From the NCBI GenBank assembly GCA_040005235.1, contig JBDTZG010000002.1, positions 199,775 through 263,774 on the forward strand: 64,000 bases of DNA, written 5' to 3'. This document shows positions 16,810-25,912 of the stretch, one piece after another. A program made the position numbers and the translations under genes. The notes under the pieces are model-generated. The model searched no databases and was not told the origin of the DNA. It worked only from the letters and a program-made list of their open reading frames with translations. This DNA comes from Acidobacteriota bacterium (GTDB taxonomy: Bacteria > Acidobacteriota > Thermoanaerobaculia > Multivoradales > UBA5704). The first letter of the stretch is position 1. The number at the start of each line of letters is the position of its first letter.

Positions 16810-18519
16810 CTACTCGGCGCCGGTCACGGAAGCCGCGGACGGAGCGTACTCGATCGCCTGAAGCTCGGCCGCCATCGGGGCCTTCGCCTTGCGGTCGGAC
16901 ATTTGGGCCATCACGTGATCCGCGGAGAGCACCGCGCCTTCCTGCCAGCCGGGCAGGTAGGACATCTGGTCCCCCGCCACGTAGAAGCGCTGGTCGGGGA
17001 AGAGCAGGCGCGCGTAGGCTCTTTTGTGTGCCTCGTTGTTGCGATCCCAATCGGCCCAGCCCCCTTCGAGGAACGGCACCTGCTGCCAGGCGATCGATAG
17101 ACCGCCGGACTTGGGCACGAACTCGCGGAATCGGGGGTGCAGTCGTTCGCCGCCGCGGAGCGCCTCTTCCAGTCGCTCGTCGAGCGACAGATTGCCGAAG
17201 ATCTCCGCGGTTTTCTGGGTCGACGAGTCGTAGTTGTAGGTGCCGGTGAGTACCGCGCGTCCCTTCGAAAAGAAGCCGGAGGAGGGATACCAGACCTGCG
17301 TCACCGGATGATTGATCCAACTGATACCGCCGAACAGGCGGTCGCCGTCGAGATCCTCCCAGAAGCGCCGCTCAGCCTGCCAGCCCACCTTGCAGGTTTT
17401 GGCGAGCGGCACGGCATTCACCGCATCGATGAACGCCGGCTCGAACGTCGATTTGTCGAGCGCCTTGCTGAGCAGACGAAGCGGAATCGTGCTGATGCAG
17501 TAGTCGGCCTTGAAATTTTTACCGTTCGCCGTGCTGACTGCGACCCCCGTGGTGCCGTTCTGGATGTGCGTAACGATCGCGCCGCGCAGGATGGTCGAAT
17601 CGCTTCCGACCGCCGTGGCCAACGCGTCGACGATTTTCCGCATGCCGCCGACCGGCTGGAACAACGTGGTCTGCCACTCGTAATCCTCGGGCTGGTAGAA
17701 GCGGTGATCCCAGAATCGCGAGCCGAACAGCTGGGAGCGGTCGAGCTTCTGATCGAGGATTCCGGGGGACACGACCCCCGGTTCCTTGACGTAACCGATC
17801 CGCGGCGAGCCGTTGTACTGGCGCGTCGCCTTGTCGATCTTGCCGAAGGCGACCAGCAGGTCGCGCAGCTCCTGGCGCTCCTTTTCGTTCGGAATCTCAT
17901 TGTTCAAGTTGCCTTGCGCGACCGCCTTATCGAGCAGTTGGGAGACGTAGCCGCGGGTGTCGTTGGCGATCCGCCGGTTCGCGATCGAGGCCTTGTCGAA
18001 CGCGATGTCGGTCTGGAAACGGTTCGCCCGGGTCTCCATGATGTAGGTCTCTAGAGGCACGCCCAACTCGGCGCACAGTGCGAGTAAGGCGGTGTGGTGG
18101 TACGGGATGCGCCCGCAGCCGGCCTCGAAATAGAGCCCTTTATCGTAGCGGCAGGTTTGGTCCGCGCGGCCGATCTGGCGGATCACGTTGCGCTTCTCCA
18201 CCGGGTCGCTGGTGACCGTGAAATTCCGGCCGCCGATTCGGTCCGACGCTTCGAGCACGAGCACCTGGCAACCCGCCTTCTTCAACCGGTACGCCGCTGT
18301 GAGCCCGGCGACCCCAGCCCCCAGAATGAGCACCGATTTTCCCTTGCACTCCTCCTTGCCGAGCTCCAAAGGCGCCGCCGCGGCGGGGGTCGGCATCACG
18401 CCGAACGCGACCATCGTTTCGTACACCGCCGAGGCGCCTCCCACGACGCCGACCATTTCGAGGAACCGCCTACGGGTCAAAGGTCCGGGGCCACTGCCGC
18501 TTTCGCCGTTCTCGCTCAC
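16810..18519 (-). CDS. Flavin monoamine oxidase / L-amino-acid oxidase with Tat signal
   Basis: TRRRFL twin-arginine motif, GAGVAG, LEASDRIGGR, GGMRKI, AGDQMSYLPGWQEGA. Confidence 0.9.
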   Translation of the reverse strand: MSENGESGSGPGPLTRRRFLEMVGVVGGASAVYETMVAFGVMPTPAAAAPLELGKEECKGKSVLILGAGVAGLTAAYRLKKAGCQVLVLEASDRIGGRNFTVTSDPVEKRNVIRQIGRADQTCRYDKGLYFEAGCGRIPYHHTALLALCAELGVPLETYIMETRANRFQTDIAFDKASIANRRIANDTRGYVSQLLDKAVAQGNLNNEIPNEKERQELRDLLVAFGKIDKATRQYNGSPRIGYVKEPGVVSPGILDQKLDRSQLFGSRFWDHRFYQPEDYEWQTTLFQPVGGMRKIVDALATAVGSDSTILRGAIVTHIQNGTTGVAVSTANGKNFKADYCISTIPLRLLSKALDKSTFEPAFIDAVNAVPLAKTCKVGWQAERRFWEDLDGDRLFGGISWINHPVTQVWYPSSGFFSKGRAVLTGTYNYDSSTQKTAEIFGNLSLDERLEEALRGGERLHPRFREFVPKSGGLSIAWQQVPFLEGGWADWDRNNEAHKRAYARLLFPDQRFYVAGDQMSYLPGWQEGAVLSADHVMAQMSDRKAKAPMAAELQAIEYAPSAASVTGAE

Positions 18520-18687
18520 GCCGTTCTCCTTCCTGCGTCGTTGCCGATCGCTGCACCCCGACGCCGCGGTGGCGGCGCCGGAGGAGTTGACTCGAACTGG
18601 GAGAGGTCTACAGCGGTGAAGCTAACACGCGGCGAGGTAAAAGCCGAGAGACAACGGAGGTTGACAGAGCGGACCCTCGGCCCTGCT

Positions 18688-19320
18688 TCACGCCGAGGCC
18701 TGAAGCTCCTTGTTCTCGCGAATCGCGGCATAACCGCGGCTCATGGCAATGAGGAAGAAGGTTTTGATCAGGAGGGAACCCGCCCCTCCATGAGGGCCTT
18801 CCTGGAAGAACGAGTAGATCGCCGTCAACATGTCGAGCGCGATCAAACCGATCGCCAAGGAGAGCGCGATCGGAGATTGGCGTTTCTGCAGCCAGAAGCC
18901 GAGCGCGACGAAGACCAGTCCGACCAGGCATGCGCCCCAGCCGAGTCCAGCGCTCAGCAGCAATGGGATCGAAAAAATCTCCGCGGCGAGACCGACGAGA
19001 AAGCTCAGACCGCCGATGAAGTAGATGAGCCCCACGACATTCCAAATACGGGTGAGCGGCTCGCCAGCCGACCCCGGCAGGTGCTTGCCGTCGAGATCCA
19101 GGTACAGGTCCCGTTTCCTGAATGATCGCATCAGCTGCACGCGCAAATCCCGCCCGTCGGGAAGGGTCGTACTTCGCCCGGCCTCCAGCTCTGTCGAGGA
19201 GGCAACGTGCAGAACCTCCCGGCCATCGAGCGTCAGGTGAAGGTCTTCGAACCTCCCTTTCCAGCTCACAGTCAGCCGCTTCGGTCCGTCGGGTTCCAGG
19301 GCGTAGCTCTTGGTTGGCAT
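18688..19320 (-). CDS. Hypothetical membrane protein
   Basis: Soluble beta-rich N-terminus followed by four hydrophobic segments. Confidence 0.7.
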   Translation of the reverse strand: MPTKSYALEPDGPKRLTVSWKGRFEDLHLTLDGREVLHVASSTELEAGRSTTLPDGRDLRVQLMRSFRKRDLYLDLDGKHLPGSAGEPLTRIWNVVGLIYFIGGLSFLVGLAAEIFSIPLLLSAGLGWGACLVGLVFVALGFWLQKRQSPIALSLAIGLIALDMLTAIYSFFQEGPHGGAGSLLIKTFFLIAMSRGYAAIRENKELQASA

Positions 19321-19709
19321 GAGGGGTTCCTTTTCGCTCGCTCTTTAAAACGGCGATTCGCTCCGACGACGCCGGCTCGGACCGGCGGACGTTCGACGAG
19401 AGGGACTCGTGGATGTCCCAGGGAGGCTAGACGGTAACGAGAGGCGAATCAAGCCGCTCGGGGACGATCTGCAAGGCTGGGCCTTTTCATGCAGGCTGTC
19501 GTGGGGCGGCCCGTTGGGCCGGAATTTGGATTGCCAGTGCCTCCTCCTCGCGGTCGATGCCGACGCGCACCCCGGAGCCCGGCGGGAGGTGAGGGCTCCG
19601 CAGGCGTGGAATTTGACGAGGCCTTTGGCCGAATTAGCTCCGCCTGTGGGATCGGCGATCGAGGTTCTATAGGTGGTGGTACTCTTTCAGTGCTCCTCCT
19701 ATGCGCGCC

Positions 19710-20021
19710 ATGAAACAACCCAACGATCAGCTCTCGGCGAAACGAATGCTCGAGACCCGCGAGCGCGGGTTCTCGTTCTCCCACTTAATCCGCCGCAACG
19801 CTAAGCGCTACCTTCTTCGTTTCGCCGTCATGATCCTGGTTCTCGCCGTGTTCGCCAACTTGAAACTCTGGGTGGTGTTCTACGTCTTTCTCGGAGTTCT
19901 CATCGGCGCCCTGCTCCGGGACATCGGATGGTTTCGAGTCATCGGCAGGTCTTGGCCGTTCTCCGAGAAGGTGACGGATTGGGAGAAGGTTCAGAGGCTG
20001 GCGGATGGGAAGGACGTGTAG
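19710..20021 (+). CDS. Small hypothetical membrane protein
   Basis: Two hydrophobic helices; C-terminus WPFSEKVTDWEKVQRLA. Start 19710 or 19701. Confidence 0.65.
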   Translation: MKQPNDQLSAKRMLETRERGFSFSHLIRRNAKRYLLRFAVMILVLAVFANLKLWVVFYVFLGVLIGALLRDIGWFRVIGRSWPFSEKVTDWEKVQRLADGKDV

Positions 20022-20066
20022 TCTAAAGAGCAAGGTTCCCACGAACCATGCTCAGGGAGGCAGCCT

Positions 20067-20333
20067 ATGGGCACCGGTCTCTTCCTCCTCGCCGGGTTCC
20101 TGCTCCTGGCGGTGTCGCTCCTCCTCGCTCGACCGTTCTCCCAGAACTATCCCGCCTCGACCACCTGGGCGACGGCGGTTTTCATCATGCTGTGGCTCGC
20201 GCTCACGGTGTTCAACCTGTGGGTCGGCGTGACGAAGGCCGGTTATTCGACCCGCGAGGAGCTGCCGATCCTGCTCCTTCTGTTCGGCGTGCCGGCTGCG
20301 GTGGCCTTGGTGATTAGGTGGAAGTTGCTCTAA
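20067..20333 (+). CDS. Small three-TM hypothetical protein
   Basis: GGAGG SD, three hydrophobic segments, NLWVGVTKAGYSTREELPI. Confidence 0.75.
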   Translation: MGTGLFLLAGFLLLAVSLLLARPFSQNYPASTTWATAVFIMLWLALTVFNLWVGVTKAGYSTREELPILLLLFGVPAAVALVIRWKLL

Positions 20334-20649
20334 CTAACTAAGCTAGGACGGCGGTCGCACGGGACTCCAGCGATTGATCCGTGCCCACGCCGATCTCCGG
20401 AGAACGCTTCGGAACGAACCTTGCTGGTCTTCGACTTAGGTCTTCCAGGGCAGTTTGACCAGCTGACATCACCATGGTGATATTCATACTGGCAGACGCA
20501 TTGGTCGAGAGGACTTCGGCTCCCCCGTCGCCTTTGACGCAAGGGGAGAGTTGCTTTAGCACCGCGAGAGGACTTAAACTCAAGAAGATAGAGTCCGAAG
20601 TATGATCGAATCGAATCGCTATTTGCGTCTAGCACCGTTCTGGTTAGCA
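20328..20649 (+). mobile_element. Split/degenerate attC-like site
   Basis: Left arm CTCTAAC-N7-GCTAGGACG (20328-20350) overlaps a stop codon and is complementary, with one unpaired G, to right arm CGTCTAGC-N9-GTTAGCA (20626-20649). The spacing is far longer than a normal attC. Confidence 0.35.
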
Positions 20650-20684
20650 GCTAGGTTTGCCGGCAAGCAATGAGGTGAAGAAGG

Positions 20685-21797
20685 ATGGCGCGAAAAAAAG
20701 TAGAAGAGCCAGAAGGGAGATTGGCTAGCACACCACCCAGCCTTGAAGCGTCTGCGACGGGAGCGCGGGCTGTTCCCTTAGTCTTCATCAGTCATGATTC
20801 GCGAGACGCAGATCTAGCGGAAGCCTTTGACCACCTTCTGACCGATGCCAGTGGAGGTGTTATCCAGACTTTTCGGTCCTCTGACCAGTCAGGCCGCGCA
20901 GGTATTGACTACGGCGAGAACTGGTTTTCCAAGATCACCAAGACGCTCAGCGATGCTACTGACGTAGTGGCCCTATTGACACCGAATAGTATTGGCCGGC
21001 CCTGGATTCTCTTTGAAGCAGGCTTCGCTATTGGGCGACTAGATGCAAAGGTCTTTGGCATCGCATTGGGTTTGCCTCTCTCGAAAGCGGTAGCTGGCCC
21101 TTTCGCTCAGTTTCAAAACTGCGAGGCAAATGAGGATTCGCTTACCACGGTTGTCCTACAGCTAATTCAGCGCAACCCAAACGCACGTCCTCGAGAACAA
21201 GCTGTCAGAAAGCAGGTGGGAACTTTTCTTGAGGAGATCTCCCCTCTACTGACGCAACGCTCTGGCCCCCAAGAGGAAACAAAGGAAGATATGGACGCCA
21301 CGGCCGTTGCAAAGCTGTTCGAGGAGGTCAAGATAATGTTTCGAGATCTCCCGTCTCGGGTGCAGTCCGAACTCCGCGAGAGTATGCCTGGACGTAGGCG
21401 CGGGCGGTTTCATCCCATGATGCTTGAGGAGATTTTCTTTGTGAGTCGGGCGGAGGAAAACCAGTCACTTCCTTGGCTGCTGCTTGGGTCACTTCTTCGC
21501 GACGACATGCCTTTCATCGCTGACGCTGCGATGGAGGTTTACAGAGCTATGCAGGCCGGTGATCCCGAGGGGACCCAAAAGGCGTACCATAATTTGCAGG
21601 CGACAGCCCGCCTAATGAACGGGTCGAAATTCTTCCGTCGTTTTAATACCAAAGACGACGAAACGTTCATCTGGATGCGCCATCTCCCCGAACTACTCGA
21701 TCAGTTCACGCCCATTATGCCCCCAGAGCAAAGGAAATCACGTCGAGGGAAATCTCCTGAATTGCCTTCTTCATCGGGAGGAGAGCCCGACCAATAA
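20685..21797 (+). CDS. TIR domain-containing protein with helical C-terminal domain
   Basis: VFISHDSRD...ALLTPNSIGRPWILFEAG, a TIR_2 pattern with the catalytic Glu retained. Confidence 0.88.
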   Translation: MARKKVEEPEGRLASTPPSLEASATGARAVPLVFISHDSRDADLAEAFDHLLTDASGGVIQTFRSSDQSGRAGIDYGENWFSKITKTLSDATDVVALLTPNSIGRPWILFEAGFAIGRLDAKVFGIALGLPLSKAVAGPFAQFQNCEANEDSLTTVVLQLIQRNPNARPREQAVRKQVGTFLEEISPLLTQRSGPQEETKEDMDATAVAKLFEEVKIMFRDLPSRVQSELRESMPGRRRGRFHPMMLEEIFFVSRAEENQSLPWLLLGSLLRDDMPFIADAAMEVYRAMQAGDPEGTQKAYHNLQATARLMNGSKFFRRFNTKDDETFIWMRHLPELLDQFTPIMPPEQRKSRRGKSPELPSSSGGEPDQ

Positions 21798-21817
21798 ACT
21801 AGGTCAGGAGTATTGCC

Positions 21818-21876
21818 GCCCAACTAGCCGATTAAGCGGACAGCTGGCGCTTACGTTATCGGAAATCTCGTTGGGC
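21818..21876 (+). mobile_element. Integron attC site (59-base element)
   Basis: R'' GCCCAAC (21818-21824) and exactly complementary R' GTTGGGC (21870-21876), 59 bp in total. Inner arms CCGATTAAGCG / CGCTT(ACGTT)ATCGG. Lies between a stop codon and the next start codon. Confidence 0.75.
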
Positions 21877-21894
21877 GAATCTCGTAAAACGCAC

Positions 21895-22734
21895 ATGGAA
21901 AAACTCTACTACTCAGAAAGACAGGGCCGGCGCCCTGAAACTCCAAAGCTCTCCTTCGACGAACTGAAGCGGGCTGCTAAGGTTTACCTTGTGGGAATTC
22001 AAGTGGAAGGTTACTTCCAAGAAGGCCTTGGACACTTCTGTGTTGACAGCGGCTTCTCGCCGGGCCTGATCGGCGGCGATCCGGAGATCGAGATCAGGCT
22101 AACTCTCGGTAAATCACACCTCTGGCCCATCGCCGAAACACTCGATGATTGGAGCGAGGATGACTTCTTCGATATGGTCGAGTTCCTTTGCGCGCATGTC
22201 TCGAAGCCCATAGACCGCTACTACCACCAATGGGACGGTTGCGGGTGGCACTGCACTGCTTTTGATGCCGAGGAAGGCCGCACGGAGTTTCGAGCTAAAC
22301 TTAACCGCTTCCTGGGCTTCTACGACTCAGGTTTCGAACTCAATAGGGCGGGCGAGATCCTCGCGATTCCACCCACTGGACTTGAGCGACTTGTGGCAGA
22401 GCCACTAGTCCATCACGACCCTGACAACGTTACTGGCAGAATTAAAACAGCCCTGCACAAGTTTCGTCACCACCGTGCAGCGATCGACGAGCGGCGTGGC
22501 GCGGTTAGGGACCTAGCTGACGTTCTCGAGTTTCTGCGACCGGAACTCAAGCGAGTTCTGGCCTCTCAGGACGAGAAAGATCTTTTCAATATCGCAAATA
22601 GTTTTGGTATTCGCCATCACAGGTCGGACCAGCGGACCGACTACGACCAAGAGGTCTGGCTTGATTGGATCTTCTATTACTACCTGGCAACCATCCACAC
22701 CGCGATCCGCCTCATAGAGAAGCATCCAACTTGA
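21895..22734 (+). CDS. AbiJ-like protein with putative C-terminal HEPN-type domain (candidate abortive infection)
   Basis: N-terminal YYSER, FFDMVEFL, helical C-terminus with LFNIANSFGIRHH; AT-richer codon usage. Confidence 0.6.
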   Translation: MEKLYYSERQGRRPETPKLSFDELKRAAKVYLVGIQVEGYFQEGLGHFCVDSGFSPGLIGGDPEIEIRLTLGKSHLWPIAETLDDWSEDDFFDMVEFLCAHVSKPIDRYYHQWDGCGWHCTAFDAEEGRTEFRAKLNRFLGFYDSGFELNRAGEILAIPPTGLERLVAEPLVHHDPDNVTGRIKTALHKFRHHRAAIDERRGAVRDLADVLEFLRPELKRVLASQDEKDLFNIANSFGIRHHRSDQRTDYDQEVWLDWIFYYYLATIHTAIRLIEKHPT

Positions 22735-22748
22735 ATCTTGAACGAAAT

Positions 22749-22830
22749 GTCGGCTAGTACACGGCTTTCACCGGCCAGTCAACGAGCTACGCCCGTCGTC
22801 AGCCGGTGAAGCCCGACACTTTGTGTCGAC
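22749..22830 (+). mobile_element. Degenerate attC-like site
   Basis: Inverted repeat GGCTTTCACCGGC (22763-22775) / GCCGGTGAAGCC (22802-22813) with one extra base, flanked by decayed R boxes; fills the intergenic gap. Confidence 0.5.
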
Positions 22831-22843
22831 ACAAGCGCTAATC

Positions 22844-23872
22844 ATGTCAACTTCACGGGTCCTTTCCTTCTCAGAAGCCCTTTCGCAGGTCCCAAGCTCG
22901 AAAGGACCGCACCTTCTGCTTGGAAATGGCTTCAGTCGGGCGTGTCGCAACGACATCTTCGCCTATGACTCGCTCTTCCATCGCGCAGACTTCGCGACGC
23001 TCTCGCCTGCGGCAAGAGGAGCGTTCGATGCGCTAAAGACGACAGACTTCGAAGTCGTCATGAAGGCCCTGAGGAATGCCGCTGCTCTAGTTTCACGATA
23101 CCGCCCGACGGATACCGACCTTGCGCAGCGACTCGCGAATGATGCAGACGGTCTCCGTGAGGTTCTCGTACACGCAATTGCTGACAGTCATCCAGAGTGG
23201 CCAGGCGACATCGCGCCGGAGGACTTCGCGGCCTGTCGCGCATTTCTGGGGCACTTTGACCGAATCTTCACGCTTAACTACGACCTCTTGCTATACTGGG
23301 CTCTCATGCAGGCAGAGATTCCTCCTCCGCTTCGCTGCGATGACGGCTTTAGGACCCCAGACGCTGGGCCAGCGGGATATGTGACATGGGAGCCGGAGAA
23401 CACTTACCAGCAGAACGTCTACTACCTTCATGGCGCCCTCCACCTTTATGACGCTGGGGCGGAGTTGCAGAAATACACGTGGACAAACACCGGGGTTCGC
23501 CTTGTTGAGCAGGTTCGAGCAGCCCTAGAGGCTGATCGCTATCCTGTCTTCGTCGCTGAAGGAACCAGCTCGCAGAAGCTTGAGCGCATAAAGCATAGTG
23601 ACTACTTGTCGAAGGCCTATCGAAGTTTCTCTCAGCTGGGAGGCGACCTCTTTGTTTATGGCCACTCGCTGGCTCCCAGCGACGAGCACATTCTTCGCCT
23701 GATCGAGAAGGGCAAGGTTCGAAGGATCTTTGTCAGTCTCTTCGGCGTCCCGGAAGCGGAGCACAACACCCGCCTCATCGTGAGGGCGGCCCAGCTAGGA
23801 AGAAGGCGAAGCGCAAGGCACCCCCTTGAGTTGGCCTTCTTCGATGCGGCAACCTGTTCAGTATGGGGTTGA
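22844..23872 (+). CDS. DUF4917 family, SIR2-like protein (putative NADase defence effector)
   Basis: LLLGNGFS, FTLNYDLLLYW, YLHGALH, LFVYGHSLAPSDEHI. Confidence 0.85.
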   Translation: MSTSRVLSFSEALSQVPSSKGPHLLLGNGFSRACRNDIFAYDSLFHRADFATLSPAARGAFDALKTTDFEVVMKALRNAAALVSRYRPTDTDLAQRLANDADGLREVLVHAIADSHPEWPGDIAPEDFAACRAFLGHFDRIFTLNYDLLLYWALMQAEIPPPLRCDDGFRTPDAGPAGYVTWEPENTYQQNVYYLHGALHLYDAGAELQKYTWTNTGVRLVEQVRAALEADRYPVFVAEGTSSQKLERIKHSDYLSKAYRSFSQLGGDLFVYGHSLAPSDEHILRLIEKGKVRRIFVSLFGVPEAEHNTRLIVRAAQLGRRRSARHPLELAFFDAATCSVWG

Positions 23873-24065
23873 GCCGGGCGTTGGCTGACACTTGGCGCGG
23901 CGCCGGTGATTACGAATCCGCCGTGGGTGGGGATCTCGACCTCGATGTGGCTCGGCCGGACTATCGCTTCAGTCTGGTAGATCATGAACCTAGCCGGCAC
24001 CCGGCGGAACTGGCGCTCGATTTCCAAAGTCATTACGGTGGTGGCTTCCGTCGCGACATCCCTGC

Positions 24066-24413
24066 TCACTTCCTCAAGATCTTGTCCATCGCCTTTCCTT
24101 TTGCCAGTTCGTCGACCAGCTTGTCTAGGTAACGGATCTTTTGCATGAGCTTGTCCTCGATCTCCTCCACCCGATAGCCGCAGATCACGCCGGTGATCTT
24201 CGAGACGTTCGGATGGATCCGGGCTTGGGCGAAGAAGGTCTCGAAGTCGGTCTTCTTGTCGATCTGTTGCTGCAGCGTCGGCTCATCGTAGCCGGTGAGC
24301 CACTGGATGATGGCATGCACTTCCTCTTTCGTGCGGCCCTTTTTCTCTGCCTTCTGGATGTAATGCGGATAGACGCTCGCGAACGACGTCTTGAATATTC
24401 TCGTGTTGTCCAT
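24066..24413 (-). CDS. DUF2200 family protein
   Basis: [22 protein letters not shown]...WLTGY...[15 protein letters not shown]...[13 protein letters not shown]. Alternative start at 24431. Confidence 0.88.
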   Translation of the reverse strand: MDNTRIFKTSFASVYPHYIQKAEKKGRTKEEVHAIIQWLTGYDEPTLQQQIDKKTDFETFFAQARIHPNVSKITGVICGYRVEEIEDKLMQKIRYLDKLVDELAKGKAMDKILRK

Positions 24414-24436
24414 TCCGTCCTCGTTACTCATCAATG

Positions 24437-25336
24437 TTAGGCCGGCTGCCGCTTCCACCGCCGGTGAATCCACACCCACTGCTCTGGAACCCGACGGATC
24501 TGGCACTCGATTTCGAACGTCATCGCGGCGGTCGCCTCGGTGGCATCGGCGGGTAGGTCCATCTCGGGATGAATCGTCGCTCGGTGGCTGCCGTCCTCCA
24601 GGCGATCGATGAAGACGGGAAAGACGGCGGCTTTCTGCTTGAGCGCGATCTTCGCGGCTCCAACGGGGGTAAACGCCGGGCGGCCGAAGAAGGGAACCCA
24701 CACTCCTTCGACCTGCGTGTCCTGATCGATCAACATTCCGAGCGCGGTGCCGGTGCGGAGCGCACCGAGCAATTGCCGAGCCGCGCCTTCCCGGCCGCGT
24801 TCGATGGTCGCGGTGCCGAACCGGGCGCGCAGCCCCGCGAGCATCTTTTGGAGACCCGGCTCGTCGAGTGAGCGGGCGACCGCGGCGAGTGGCAGGCCGT
24901 GGATCGACAGGGCGGCGGCGAGCACCTCCCAGTTGCCGCAATGGCCGGTGAGGATGACAATCGGCCGGCCCGCCGCGCGGGCGGCTTCGATCCGTTCCCA
25001 GCCTTCCATCGCGACATGCGACATCAGGCTTTCGGCGTCGCGGCGCAGCAGGTGGAGGCATTCGCCGAGCGTGATGCCGAGGTGGCGGAACGAGGCGCGC
25101 GCGAGGTTCCGGCGTTCTTCAAGGGGCAGCTCGGGAAAGGCGATTTCGAGATGGACGAGAGCGCGACGGCGATCGCGGCCCGCGACGAAGCGGGAAAGGT
25201 GCCAGGCGAAAAGGCCGAACCCGGCGCCGGTTTTCTGCGCCCCGCGCCAGGGAAGCCGCCCCCAGGTTGCGGCGAGGGCAGCCACCACGACCGCGAGCGC
25301 CCGATCGTGCCAGAGGTATTTGGGATTTCGGGGCAC
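24437..25336 (-). CDS. Lipid A biosynthesis acyltransferase (LpxL/HtrB family)
   Basis: HCGNWE (HxxxxE), [22 protein letters not shown]. Confidence 0.9.
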   Translation of the reverse strand: MPRNPKYLWHDRALAVVVAALAATWGRLPWRGAQKTGAGFGLFAWHLSRFVAGRDRRRALVHLEIAFPELPLEERRNLARASFRHLGITLGECLHLLRRDAESLMSHVAMEGWERIEAARAAGRPIVILTGHCGNWEVLAAALSIHGLPLAAVARSLDEPGLQKMLAGLRARFGTATIERGREGAARQLLGALRTGTALGMLIDQDTQVEGVWVPFFGRPAFTPVGAAKIALKQKAAVFPVFIDRLEDGSHRATIHPEMDLPADATEATAAMTFEIECQIRRVPEQWVWIHRRWKRQPA

Positions 25337-25345
25337 GGGCGGGCC

Positions 25346-25912
25346 TTAACGCCCCGCCTCGACGAACCTCGCGACGATTCCATCCCACTCGCCGCGGGAA
25401 CGGAGGATCAGCTCGATCATCTCGCGCACCGCACCGTGCCCTCCCGGCCGGGAGAGAACGCGATGGGCGCGGGCTCGGATCTCCGGCGCGGCATCCGACG
25501 GCGCGAAGCTGAGGGCGGCACGGGCGATCAGGGGCAAGTCGGGCAAATCGTCGCCGATCACCGCCACCCGATCCGCGGTGGTTTCATGCGCGGCGAGAAA
25601 CTCGGCGAAAGCCTCTCGCTTGTCAGAGCGGTTTTGCACGAACGCATCGAGCCCCAGCTCGCGGCTTCTCGCGACCAGCGCGGCGCTCGCTCGGCCGGAG
25701 AGGATGCCGACCTTCAAACCCGCACCCTGCGCGAGCTTGATGCCTAGGCCGTCGCGGACGTTGAAAGTCTTCAGCTGCTCGCCCTTCGGCCCGTAGATCA
25801 ATCCGCCGTCGGTGAGCACGCCGTCGACATCCAGCAGCAGCCAGGCGAGGTGCTTGGCGCGCTTCTCGAACGTCGAGTCGTCGAGCGGGTCTGACGATTC
25901 CGCCTTCGCCAT
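25346..25912 (-). CDS. kdsC: Kdo-8-phosphate phosphatase
   Basis: LDVDGVLTDG, FNVRDGLGI, IGDDLPDLP, GGHGAVREMIE. Confidence 0.92.
   Translation of the reverse strand: MAKAESSDPLDDSTFEKRAKHLAWLLLDVDGVLTDGGLIYGPKGEQLKTFNVRDGLGIKLAQGAGLKVGILSGRASAALVARSRELGLDAFVQNRSDKREAFAEFLAAHETTADRVAVIGDDLPDLPLIARAALSFAPSDAAPEIRARAHRVLSRPGGHGAVREMIELILRSRGEWDGIVARFVEAGR

Noticed and set aside
8483-18519. ALDH7 + amino-acid oxidase as a lysine/pipecolate catabolic cluster
   Set aside because: Separated by ~6.8 kb that includes oppositely oriented kinase and helicase genes; no other pathway genes present.
19430-19520. GGTAAC...GTTGGGC as another attC
   Set aside because: R boxes are not complementary and no L-box stem could be formed.
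20685-23872. Canonical Thoeris system
   Set aside because: The SIR2-like protein lacks a SLOG/Macro domain, and attC-like spacers suggest independently acquired cassettes.
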